Below are positions 1 to 11,335 of a DNA stretch of 64,000 bases, in pieces (position 1 is the first letter of the stretch; every line of letters begins with the position of its first letter). This stretch comes from Psilocybe cubensis (lineage: Eukaryota): contig CM038998.1 of NCBI GenBank assembly GCA_017499595.2, positions 1,178,001 to 1,242,000 of the forward strand. Reading direction: 5' to 3'. Under the pieces are notes generated by a model that had not been told where the DNA came from, did not search any database, and worked only from the letters and a program-made list of their open reading frames with translations. The translations under genes were made by a program, and so were the position numbers.

Positions 1-904
1 TGAAATGTATTGAGAATGCATATTAAGAGTTTCTAGTGCCGTTTGTTAGTGTAGGCCAATGATCAGTACGTATTTGTCTCTAGATCTGGGATACTTCAAG
101 TTGAGCGGTCAATTGTCAATCAATGTCCCTTTGAATTTTATCCAGCCACGCCAGCAAGAAAATATAATCAGAGATCCTTCTGTTCAAAGTTTTATCAATT
201 GGTTTTCTTTGGGTTTTCAACTCTTTCTGTTCACTGCTCGAAAGTGTGCCTAAAAGGGGTCACGCGAAACCGTACACATCAAGTCCAGAAAGGGAAGGTC
301 GCTGAATGACCGCGATTCTTTCCTTTTTGTTTACAAACAGTCACGACCGCTCATTATAATGCTCATGCCTCTGGACCAAAATGTGTCACCAGTGGTCTTT
401 AACGTCTGGTTACTACTGTGCAACTCTCAAATGGCAACTTCCCCGTCAATTCTACTAACGGAGAACTTATACTATGTGAACCTCGATAAAACTGGCAAAG
501 ACGACAGCATGGAGTGCCCAAGGAGTGTCCAATATAATTGCCCCTGAGTCAACTCACAAACAGCAAATTTCGATCGCCGTAAATGAACCCGTTTTGACCT
601 CCTTCCTGCAGTAATAAATCACTTCTTTGCAATGGAGTAGCAGTCCGTGGACTTCTGCCGCATCTGTTCCAGCCATGCAATACGTTGGGTGGGGCAGCGG
701 AATAATCATTTTTACGGCTACAATGAATTATTCTTCGATTATGGTAATACCCTTGGTGCTGAACCGGATTTTAGGTCTTTTTTGCTTTACACATCTTTGG
801 AGCCTGGGGCTTGATGATGACGATGATAATACTTTTGCATCATTGGTGCAGCAAAGGAAGGCTGATGCGCGTCCCTCGACCTTGACCCTGCACGGAAAGT
901 CATG

Positions 905-912
905 TATAAAAA
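905..912 (+). promoter_or_regulatory. Putative TATA box of the Con-6-like gene
   Basis: TATAAAAA about 90 bp upstream of the ATG at 996. Confidence 0.5.
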
Positions 913-995
913 GAGTATTTTCTTGCACTGTCTGAGTCCTCAGCTCAACTTGTCACATCAACACATCGATCACACCAATAACTACTCTTTTGAAC

Positions 996-1693
996 ATGGC
1001 CGGAAGTGCGTGCTACATCGTTCCACTAGCTGGTTATTCGTTGTTGACTTGAAACTCTAAGCCAATGATAAGAACCAAGACTACGTCACTCGCGGGCTTA
1101 AAGCCGCTATTCACAACGACAACGTCTCCGATGAAGCGAAGAAAAATGCCGCACAGCGCCTCAAGAACATGGGCTCGGAAGTACCCTCTGATTTCAGCTC
1201 AGGTGGTGGCCGATCTGGAGGAACCAACTTTGACGATTCTAGAAGCCTGAATCCTAACCAGGAACGCGGTGCGTTCTTTTGCTCACTAGAAGTGCTGTAA
1301 GATTGAATTTACTAACTGTAACTTTGGGTTTCTGTCAGGTTACAAATCAGTTTTATCGAGTAAGTCACCATATGAATGCTGCGGAAATCCCATTACTGAC
1401 TAATTATATAGGAGACAATACGTCCAACGAAGCAAAGGACCATGCACGGGCGATGCTTGCGGGAGACGAGCCCGGTTACACTGATCACGATGCTGAAGGC
1501 GACGCAGTGGACGTGGAAACCAGCGGTAAAGAGACGAATCGCGTCTTAGGAGGCTACAAGGCAACCTTAAAGAGTATGTTATTTTCACTGCCAATTTCTG
1601 ACCAGTTTGACTAATGTATTTTTTTCAGACCCAAATGTATCTGATCAAGCCAAGCAACACGCCGAGGACGTCTTGCGTGAGGCGTGTGATTAA
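996..1693 (+). CDS. Conidiation protein 6 (Con-6)-like hydrophilic repeat protein, spliced
   Basis: Hand-spliced product has three Con-6-type repeats: RGLKAAIHNDNVSDEAKKNAAQRL, RGYKSVLSRDNTSNEAKDHARAML, GGYKATLKNPNVSDQAKQHAEDVL; four GT-AG introns; TAA at 1691-1693. Confidence 0.8.
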
Positions 1694-2151
1694 ACAACTG
1701 CATTTCTTTCTTGCAACTTTGACTCGTTGTCTGCAGCGCTCAACTAAGAACCCAATGTAACGATTACTACTTTCTTGTGCCATCTGTAGCCTTGTAATGG
1801 GTAATCAATCATCGTCAATGTATTTATAAAAGGTTAACTTCGTGTGATAGTCAGCTGCGACTTAAAATCGAGTAGCGGGGAGTTAAAAGGATGCTCGTAA
1901 CGCGTGCAATATGATGACGTGAAGAGCACAGAATCTATATATATAGTATTAGATTTATATGTAGTTCCAATTTCCAGTCTATAGAGAATCAGTCGTCCGT
2001 CCGTTACATTACAAACAAAAAATTTTATCTGCCAGAGATTAACTAAGTATACTTTGGTGCAAAATATTTACCATCCATCCAAACTTCCCAACACTATACT
2101 CACGCAGGTGTTCAAAATTACGCATACAGAGATAGTATTTGCTGTTGATTT

Positions 2152-5100
2152 CTAGTTACCGTTGCCCATCATCTGAGCACGTTTTGCTAACTGGTTTCAT
2201 ATATAATGTCAGATAACAGAGACGCGGGACTTGTAAAGAGCGCTTACGGCAGCAGCAAGGTCAACTTGCCCTGGTGCTGTCGATGGTTTCGTGACAGAAC
2301 CTTTGACTGGCCCTGAGGAAGCGGGCGGAGGTCGGGGCGCAGAAGGTACTGCTGGCTTAGCGCCAACCTTAGGGGCACCAGGCTTAGCACCGATGGGAGG
2401 AGGTGTTGGTTTAGGTTTTGTGGCGACGGGAGGCGGCGGTTTGGAACCTAAAGAGCTTGATGGGCGCGAGCTGGCTGGGGAGTTGTCATCACTGGTTGGC
2501 GCCTTTTTCCAGGGAGTTGCAGAGCCATTGGCAGCAGCCATTCCTGGGAAAACTGAGACAGGCTTTGCAGATGGATTAGCAGTAACCGCAGAAGGTGTAA
2601 TTTTGACTGCTGTAGGAGCTGGAACCTTGTTTCGTGGAGGTGGTGGTGGAGCTGCTGGTGCTGCAGGCTGTGGTGGGATAAGCTCAAGGTAATTATTAGG
2701 CGCCCACCCTTCCTGACCGTCTTTTTTCACTAGCCACCAGCCGTTGTCGTCCTTCTCTACCAGTTCAACCACGTCGTCTTTTTTCAAAGACATTTCGCCT
2801 TCCTGCCCTTCAAATGCAAATTTAGCTCGGTAAAGCGGTACTTCAGGTTGCTTGGGAGGAGGGGGAGGAGGGGGAGGAGCAACGTTACGAGGTGGTGCTG
2901 GAGGTGGTTTTGACTTAGCACCATTGCTTGCAACCGCAGGTGTCGATATCGGCATAGGGGTGGATTTGAGAGTACTTGATGTCGTTTGGCCCGGTAACGG
3001 TTGGGTGGCAGGTTTGGGTTTTGCCCTTGCGGGTTGGGATTTCTTCTGAAGACAAAATTATCAGTAAAAAATAAACAAAAAATGGCATGCGACTCACATC
3101 TGGGCCACCAGCCCTTAATAATTTTCCCTGAGTAATTGGACGAACAACTCCCGGCTTTCTCTTCGCTGGAGGGCGTGACACACTATTGGGAGGTTCTCCT
3201 GATGGGACGTGAACTGTATGGCTCTTGTATACATCATTTCGAGGGACAGTCTCGTCTTTGATAAATTTGATTTGCGCTCGTTTATCCTTCTTTTTGACGT
3301 AGTCAATCCTAGTAAAGGTAAATACACTCCTGCTCTACGATGTTTTGTCTAAACTCACATAGGGGAAATGACAACATTGATGTTTGATGAGGTCAGTTTA
3401 ACAAGCTGCGTTACAAATTCGGTCTTGAAAACGCAGCTAATAATGGGATCTCCTTCTTCAGAGGAACCAACATTTATCGCCTGATGAATAACACTCAATC
3501 ACTATCGATGAATTTCTAAGAATAAGGGGGGTCTTACCATCCAATCATCACGAAGGGTAGACATAGCCACGCTCTTTATGGTTACAAGAGGAATTTTTCT
3601 TTCCAATGTCGTTAGGTACTGGCCGTCTTTTGCCGTGGTAACAAGAATATGAATGGCTTTCGCTGTCTGTAACCTCACTTCAGGAATATTGTAAACACAT
3701 AGTTCGGTGAAACTCACCAGAACTAGATATCGCGGACTAGGCTTGCTCGAGCGCCCAAGCTTTGACACAAGCAGCTGTGCTCTCGAGCTGAAAGCCACAT
3801 TATCACCTATAGAGAAATCAATGATACGTTTATAATCAAGAATCAAAAGAAACTCACGCCCGATACCAGCTGCTTCTGACAATTCCTCACCCAAAGCACT
3901 CTTGCCGTTGATATCAAGATAATCTCCCATAAATCGTCGGTAGCTAAGCAGACTGAACCGCCTGCGTTCTTTACGTCCGGCGAGTAGCTGATGCCCATAA
4001 TCGCGAATTTGGGAATAAACAATCCCTTCCTTATTGTTCTTCCAAAAGCGTTGAATACGACGCGCGCATTCGTGCTTATAACGCATATAGTTTCGGAAGG
4101 CTCTTTGAATGCGGCCAGCCATGTTATGCCAGTAGCGATCTCTCATTGTCTCTAGAGCAAACAACTAGCAAGTAGGAAGGTAAGAGTCCATAGACGTTAA
4201 GTTTGAAAGTTACTTTACCGTCTCTGGGTTCTTGATGAAGGCTTTTGTGACACCCATTTGCCACTCCTCTGGCGCAATGCCTGTGTCTTTCAGGATTTGT
4301 TGACATCCAGATTTAGGATCACCAGACCAAGTATATTCTCCTGCGTATGATGTATTCGGTGACAGCAAGTAGAAACGTTCAACCATTTTCTCAAATGTAT
4401 TTCGGTATGCAAATCCTGCTCGGCGAACCCGTATGTTTTCCTGGAGACCAAGATACTTGATTTGGTGGAGAATAGCCTTTGAGTCATACTCCGACGGACT
4501 TCGATTTTGATTTGGCTTGATTGTACGAATGTATGATGGCTGGGCTTTCATTAGATTATCAACCAAAGCGCCTGCAGATTGCTAAGAGGACATAAGCTTT
4601 TTAACATGGCAATGTGAGGAATACAATTACGCACTTTGATCCTGTCACCTGCTGTTGGCGGACGTTTCTTGCTATTTGGATCCACCCGATCAGGGAACAA
4701 TGTCTGCAAGAAGGAATTTCCACTGCTCGCAATAAGATCCAGTAAATCTTTGATCAAAGAGTCCTTGTTCTTATCTGTCATTCCCGATACGTTGTACATG
4801 ACGTCTCCGGCATAATGGCGAACCAAAAATTGGGCACCGCGAGCCTCAAAGTGTGGATTGGAAGCTAGTCCCGAAGCACGTTGCATGAAGCTGTTATCGG
4901 CAGCTGCGGGATCGGCGTGAGCAGTCGCGCAAGCGTCGTTGAGGGCCGCAAATATTCCAGGGGGGCGGCGCTCTTCGATAAGGTCACAGACGATCTTGTT
5001 ATTAAAGTACTTGATTGGTGTCCACTTGATCTGTTCCCGGACGTATTCTTCTTGCTCCGTCTTCAGTGTAAGCTCGATAAAGATCTGTTGCAGTTTTTCG

Positions 5101-6752
5101 TTGACGTAATTAATGCAAAGCTGTTCAAACGAATTGTCCTCGAAAATTTCGAAACCGAAGATATCCTGCTTTACGTAAATACCCCGACTTCAAACATAAT
5201 GATCAGCTAACGTACCAAGATACCAATGACCTGTGCGTGTGCTGAACGCGTCTTCATGGATACGTTGACACGAGATACGATCCATTCGAACAAGTTGTTG
5301 TAAATGGCTTTTGCGAGGGCATCGCGTCCAGAAGATGCCTGAGCAGGATTCAATGGAACTTCATATACCGAGCCTCGCTTGCCACCTCTGCTAGTTTCCA
5401 TGATCCTTGAAGTAAGAACTTTTTGAACTTGCTCGCCGTCAACTTCCATGAGATATGCAATAAAGTCCGTGACCCCTGTATCAGCGATGGAAGAATTGCC
5501 ATCGTCATTTTCTTCGAATTGAACATTGCCAACCCACAAAATGGTAGCGAGCATTTTGAAGATCTCATGTTGCTCTTCTGGAGTTAAACCGATGACTTGC
5601 ATGGCTTGCTAAAGCCATCGTAAGCATACTGGAAATGGGAACCGACACTACAAAGACCTACCAATGTATCATGGAAGTCTTTCGTATCGTCGATATCGGA
5701 GACAGAAAGACAGTTGCTCATGCTGGTATATAAATACGCCTCTGGACCCTGTAATCCAAACGCCTCTGCGTCTGATTAACAACCGCGAGAACCCAAAGAA
5801 AATGCAACACACCTCGTTGTTCGTCGGATGCCGCTTTGGTGAATTGATAGAAAATGTGGAAGTTGCGCTCGTTCTCAACTTGCCCTACAACTCTGCCCTT
5901 CTCCAAAAGATAATTTGTGATCTGAGCACCCACAGGCTCTCCTCTACTATTGAACATGATTTCGAGATATTTCCCCTATCACAGAGTTAGTTTCGATCCC
6001 GGTCAAGATGATGAAGCATACATGTCGACTAGAGTTATTATTGCGCAACGTTTTGGCACACCCGAAACTTTCAAGCAAAGGATTGGTTGCCAGAACCATG
6101 TCCTTGATCTCCTGGATGCTGCTATCCTGTCCCCCAGAAACGGCGGCAATGTACTGCATGATTCTCTTAGCGGCCTCTGTCTTTCCTGCTCCTGATTCTC
6201 CAGTGATGATCACGCATTGATTTTCATGGTATGCGTTCATATTGTAATATGCACTTTCTGCAATGCTGAATACATGGGGAGGGACTTCTAGCCTGTTCTT
6301 GCCCTGGTATCTTTTCAAGATTTCATCCGTGTATATGCCGAGATCTTTAGAAGAATATGTCAATGAACGAATTAATAGCAGCTCCAGAACTGTCACGTAC
6401 CTCTGAAAGGATTGACTGATATCAGGACAGAGCCAATGTAAGTGTAAATTTCGGCATTGGTCCATCGTTTTTGAAGGTTGTCGTTGATGCTCTCGTTGCT
6501 GATAGTGGTCAGCAATGTCATGTCCGCTACCCCGACCTGCTTCTTCTTGAAGCCCTCCTTCCAATCTGCCTACTCTCGAGGTTGAATCAGGTCTTCCGAA
6601 TATGTTACAAGGCACACACCTTCGCAACCTTCGACTGGCCAGCTGACTTTTTAGCGGCTGGAGTCACCTTCTTTCCAGCCTTTTTCGATGGTGCCTGTAA
6701 TGAAGTATTGGACTGCGCACATGCACAGAGATTGAGCGTAGTGGCATACCAT
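2152..6752 (-). CDS. MYO1: Type I myosin (motor, IQ, TH1, Pro-rich, SH3), multi-exon
   Basis: P-loop [29 protein letters not shown] region [20 protein letters not shown] motifs, SH3 (YRAKFAF...GWWLV...WAPNNY); N-terminus [10 protein letters not shown] typical of fungal myosin I. Confidence 0.97.
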
Positions 6753-7071
6753 CTTGAGATCTACTCTTCCTGATTATGATTATAGGTATGCTGGTCCCAC
6801 AAGCCCAAAGAGAATGGCCAGTGGTCGATAGCTGGTAGCTGATCGGCGTTTCAAGAGAAAGAGGGTTGTATATAAGAAAGGAAAGGGTAGTTAAATTCCA
6901 ATGAGGCCTGTTCCTATTACCGTCATTGTGATCATCGGCTTCTTCCGCATATGTCGCACAAATATATCTCATCACATCGACCATACTACAGGTACTATAC
7001 TACTTTATATCATAAAACAATCATAAAACAAAACACATGAATGCTTGAATATAATGTCTGCAGCTAACATA

Positions 7072-9147
7072 TCATTTACTTCCTATCAGTGCCTGAAGTG
7101 CTTCCGCAGCCTGATGTAAAATCACTTGGTCTTTCACAACGCCTTGACCTTTTATTAGGTTACCAATTGCTTGCAATAAACCGCTGTCTGCCGCCTCTTT
7201 CTGAATTTTTTCTCGGGTCTGAGTGTCATTGATGCTCTTGAAAACATTGTGAATACAAACGATTCCACGGTGAACAAGGCCAGGATCGGTCGCTAAAGGC
7301 GCTTCGTCTTCTTCATTACCGTCTTTTTTGAGGACTGAAGGGTCAATTAGCTGCGTCATCAGGGACAAAAAGCGGTGCTTCTCAAATTGGAGAGCTAGTA
7401 GCGCGTTACATGCTGTAGGAGTCATAGTCACTGTCGCCAACGCTCCTGAGGCGGCCATCCGCGTAGGTAAGTCATTCTCGTCAGACAAAGCCAAAAGAAT
7501 ATGGATTTTGTTCACAGAGTTCGGGGAATCTCCGGTGTAGCGTTGAAATGCCTCGTCAGATCCGGCAATAAGATTGCATATGAGCTCAGTCGAGGCCCTC
7601 CGGATGAGTGTGTGTTCTTCGAGGAGTAATAACTCCACTTTATTCAAAAGACCATTGGCGGCAGCGATGCGGGATGCCACTTCGGGACTATGGGACGACA
7701 AATTGGTTAAAGCCATTATAGCTTCAAACTGCTGCAATAAATTCGATCCACTGTTTTGTAGCAAACAGGATAGTGGTCGAATGGCATCATATATCATACC
7801 GACATTGGGACCAAAAACTTGAACAGGCGAAGAAGTTATGGCGAGTTTGGCTAATGCCTGAATAGCTTCCAAATCCGCAGGAGTGAGATTCGGCTGGTTT
7901 TGTCTAGCGATATCCGGGTTTGACGACAAAACTTGCTTGATGATGCTATGTAACACTTTAGCACCTCCAGCCTGCAATACCTTCCCCCTATTTTCTTTTT
8001 CCTCCACGATACTCAATAGGCACTTTCCAACATTGAGCCGTACTCCTGCTGAGTCTGTTGCTGCAATAGCTGATGAGAAAACGGGGAGAACACCTGCTTC
8101 TATGAGCAAACGAATGCGCTTTTTGACATGATCATCATTGTCCAGCAATGAAGCGGTCTCTGCGGCCTCTGATAATTCTTTCCCCGCTTTTGTCATTCGC
8201 TTTAATTTCTCGACCTGTTTCTGTTCCTCACTGATTCGAGGTCGGAAGCTAATTATGTTGCAAATAATAAGGATAACCCCAAAGATCTGAGTGGCATTTT
8301 GTTCGCTGATGAGTTTTTGCTTGTTTTTTGATGAGGGAATAAGCGTAAACAGTTTCTTGAGGAAGGTGAAATTTTGAGAAAGACTCTCCTTTACGGCTGG
8401 GTCAGTGCTGACATATGCCAATCCTTCCACAGCGTCTGTACATGACGTAGCATCTTGCGTTACAACAACATCCACCAATTTCCTTGCCAAGTCATCGGTT
8501 TGACTATCTCGAACTTCGATAGCTCCGGCCTCTGAATTGTCGGTAGCCGACCCTTTTTTATACTTTATTAGAGCGACCGATGCGGCACTTTGTAGTACGG
8601 GATCTGAAGTTTGCTGTGATTTAAACTCCAACCAGCGGACAATTTGCGGTGTGATGATTGTTCGACATGATTTATGTCCGCACGCCTGGCCAAGGAGGTG
8701 AGCGACGTCCTGGCAAAGAAGAGCAGATGGAGACAAATCCACTGCATCCATCATGTTTTCTACCAGTCCATCTTCTGAGAAAAGGGAAGATGCAGCGAGT
8801 GGTTCTACTTGAAATAGAGCAGTCAGGAAACATATCCCTGTCATAAGCGAAGCTTCGTCTGTCTCTCCTAAATAATTCAGAACCGTGGGGGCGAAGATTT
8901 TGGTGAGCGTTTTGGTAGAAACATCATTCTCCTTTTCTTTTCCTTTCTCTTTTGTTTTCCTTGCTTCCTGACAAAGGGCCGATAGGACGACGTAGGCCTT
9001 CGGTCGTACGTTTGACGCATCAGATCTAGAGGAGAGAAATGCTGAGGTCAAGCATGCAATTTCTTGGGGTAGTAGTTTATAGTTCGAGCCAGCTTGAATT
9101 TTTCTGAGGATATCATTGAGCCTCTGGTCGTCAGTGTTTTCGGCCAT
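7072..9147 (-). CDS. SHE4: UCS-domain (She4/CRO1/UNC-45) myosin chaperone, ARM-like, intronless
   Basis: Long open frame with UCS motifs EGLAYVS, RGKVLQAGG, QALAKLAITSSP, LLQQFEAIMALTNLSS, RASTELICNL, AASGALA, GLVHRG. First ATG is MAENTDD at 9147. Confidence 0.9.
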   Translation of the reverse strand: MAENTDDQRLNDILRKIQAGSNYKLLPQEIACLTSAFLSSRSDASNVRPKAYVVLSALCQEARKTKEKGKEKENDVSTKTLTKIFAPTVLNYLGETDEASLMTGICFLTALFQVEPLAASSLFSEDGLVENMMDAVDLSPSALLCQDVAHLLGQACGHKSCRTIITPQIVRWLEFKSQQTSDPVLQSAASVALIKYKKGSATDNSEAGAIEVRDSQTDDLARKLVDVVVTQDATSCTDAVEGLAYVSTDPAVKESLSQNFTFLKKLFTLIPSSKNKQKLISEQNATQIFGVILIICNIISFRPRISEEQKQVEKLKRMTKAGKELSEAAETASLLDNDDHVKKRIRLLIEAGVLPVFSSAIAATDSAGVRLNVGKCLLSIVEEKENRGKVLQAGGAKVLHSIIKQVLSSNPDIARQNQPNLTPADLEAIQALAKLAITSSPVQVFGPNVGMIYDAIRPLSCLLQNSGSNLLQQFEAIMALTNLSSHSPEVASRIAAANGLLNKVELLLLEEHTLIRRASTELICNLIAGSDEAFQRYTGDSPNSVNKIHILLALSDENDLPTRMAASGALATVTMTPTACNALLALQFEKHRFLSLMTQLIDPSVLKKDGNEEDEAPLATDPGLVHRGIVCIHNVFKSINDTQTREKIQKEAADSGLLQAIGNLIKGQGVVKDQVILHQAAEALQALIGSK

Positions 9148-9317
9148 GGATGATGAGGATGAGAAAAAGGAATATCTAATCTGAAGGTGAGGCAGGAGTA
9201 GAGCATGACCGTGTAATGGCAAGAAAGGAAATTGATCGAGATCTTGTCTGTTCCTCTCGCGAAGCCTCTCGGATAATTTCAGGCTTTTCAGCTCAAACCC
9301 TTCAGTTGCTCCAACAC

Positions 9318-11174
9318 ATGAGTACTTTCAAAGTCCCAAAGTCAAAACAGAAGACCAAAAAGGAGCCTGGAATACAATCGGGGGATCTTGTTCTCGTTCG
9401 CTTGCCGAACGGAGAAGTCAAGTCGGTGAAGGTCGATAAAAATTTGTGCGTCCAATTAGATTTTGCTGCTATTCCTCTCTATCGACCCTGCTTCCAGGTC
9501 CGTTGTCATTGGAAAATTCGGTTCATTCCATGCCGATGAACTTATAGGTCAACCTTATGGTCTAAATTACGAAATCGTGGACAAAAAATTAAAGCTTTTA
9601 CCTCCGCGCACTCTGGAAGAATTTGGTACGTCAAGTACACCGTACAGTCCCCATACACACTTATCATTTTACATAGAGGATACCGACGCTACTAATGAGT
9701 TGATTAACGATGGAGTATTTGTCCAGCCCTTGACTGTGACCGAAATTCAAGCACTAAAACAGTCAGGCGTACATGCGTCTGTAAGTCGCAGCCTTCTTCC
9801 AACTTCCTTCTCTTTTTCACGTCAGTGACCAGATTTCTCATTGAATGTCAGGACATCATCAAAAAGCAAATCGAGCAGCATGCAAATTACTCTCTTAAGA
9901 CAGAATACAGTAAAGACAAGTACAAGAAACGCAAAGAGGCGAAGTATGTTATACCCCAATTTGCATTCTAGCGATTTCTAACTTTGCTTTGTGCTAGATA
10001 TTCCAAAACATTCAGTACAATTGAACCAACACTTTTCAATGTTTGTGAATACTGGTGGTTAAAGGATCAAGTACGCCTACGTGACTTGCGGATAGACTCA
10101 CTATCCCAAATGCTGAACATGGGCAACGTAAGACCTGGAGGAAGGCACCTTGCTGTTGATGACGCTTCAGGAGTGCTAGTAGCAGGAATACTTGAACGGA
10201 TGGGCGGTGTGTTTCCAATGTTTTCCAACCTATCTTTTTTATTGAAACCTTGAGGCAGGTGAAGGGAAGCTCATCACAATATGCCACACTGACTCCCCTC
10301 CTCCGTACCCCGTTGTCGAACAGATGAATTTTGACTCATCAATTACCGACGTCCTAATATCCCTCAATTGGGCTACGGCTGAGGAAGACTATACTCCCAG
10401 TACGCACAGAAATGCCTGAGGTGGATTGTTTATTGATTTTTTTCTGCCTTAGTCCTTCCTCCATCTGAGCTTCCAATGGAAGAAGTGAGGTCTGAACGCC
10501 AAAAAAATAGATTAAATAAAAGAAAAGCCATCTCCGATTTGTTGTCAAATACACGAGAGGAGCTGTTCGCTGGCGAATTTGACAGGTCCGTATCTTTCTT
10601 TGTAAAATCTATCAGGTTTCTGGCACTGACCCTGATGGAAAGTCTTCTTATATCGACCGAATACGATCCATTCTCTATCGTGGAAAGACTATCCCCTTAC
10701 CTCGCAGGTTCAGCATCGATCGTTGTGCACAGTCCTTATTCGCAAGTGGTCGTGGAACTACAAGCACAGATGCGCCATATTCCTCATTATCTGTGTCCAA
10801 CGGTAACAGAAGCATGGACAAGGAAATATCAGGTTGGTGTTGACTTGAACATCAATTGTAGTTATTAACATTTTTCTTTCAGGTTCTCCCTGGTAGAACC
10901 CATCCGATGATGGCCATGTCCGGTTCCGGAGGGTTCATCCTACAGGCGACCAAAATGTAAGTTTCGGCAGTAGGTTTTGAAAGGGACGCTTCTCAACCGG
11001 GCAACTTTGTACAGTTATGATGATCCCACCGCTGAAGCCGCCCTATTGCAGCGCAAACAGAAAAAGAGGCCAAAGCCCTCACCCGAAGCGCAAGATGCTT
11101 CAGTTGTTACTGAACTAGCGACAGTCATCAGTGAATCGGATAGCCATGCTGACATAGAAATGAGGGTCGACTAG
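9318..11174 (+). CDS. TRM6: tRNA (m1A58) methyltransferase non-catalytic subunit Trm6/Gcd10, multi-exon
   Basis: IGKFGSF, IGQPYG, KTEYSKDKYKKRKEAKY, RIDSLSQMLNMGNVRPGGR, YQVLPGRTHPMM...SGGF. Confidence 0.92.
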
Positions 11175-11335
11175 GATTATCTCTCGAGGAGTTTATTATA
11201 CAAAGATATATCAATACACAGGCGCATTAGAATGGGTCGTGGCGTAGCGTGTCATAATGGAGGACGGGGTCTCAAAGACCCCCTTTTACACTCTTCAAGT
11301 CGAAAGAGGGTCAACATATTGGCAAGGTCAAGCAA

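Noticed and set aside
2291-3049. Gly-rich plus-strand ORFs
   Set aside because: Antisense of the Pro-rich myosin tail.
7009-7035. TCATAAAACAA short tandem repeat
   Set aside because: Ordinary slippage repeat in a 3' UTR/intergenic gap.
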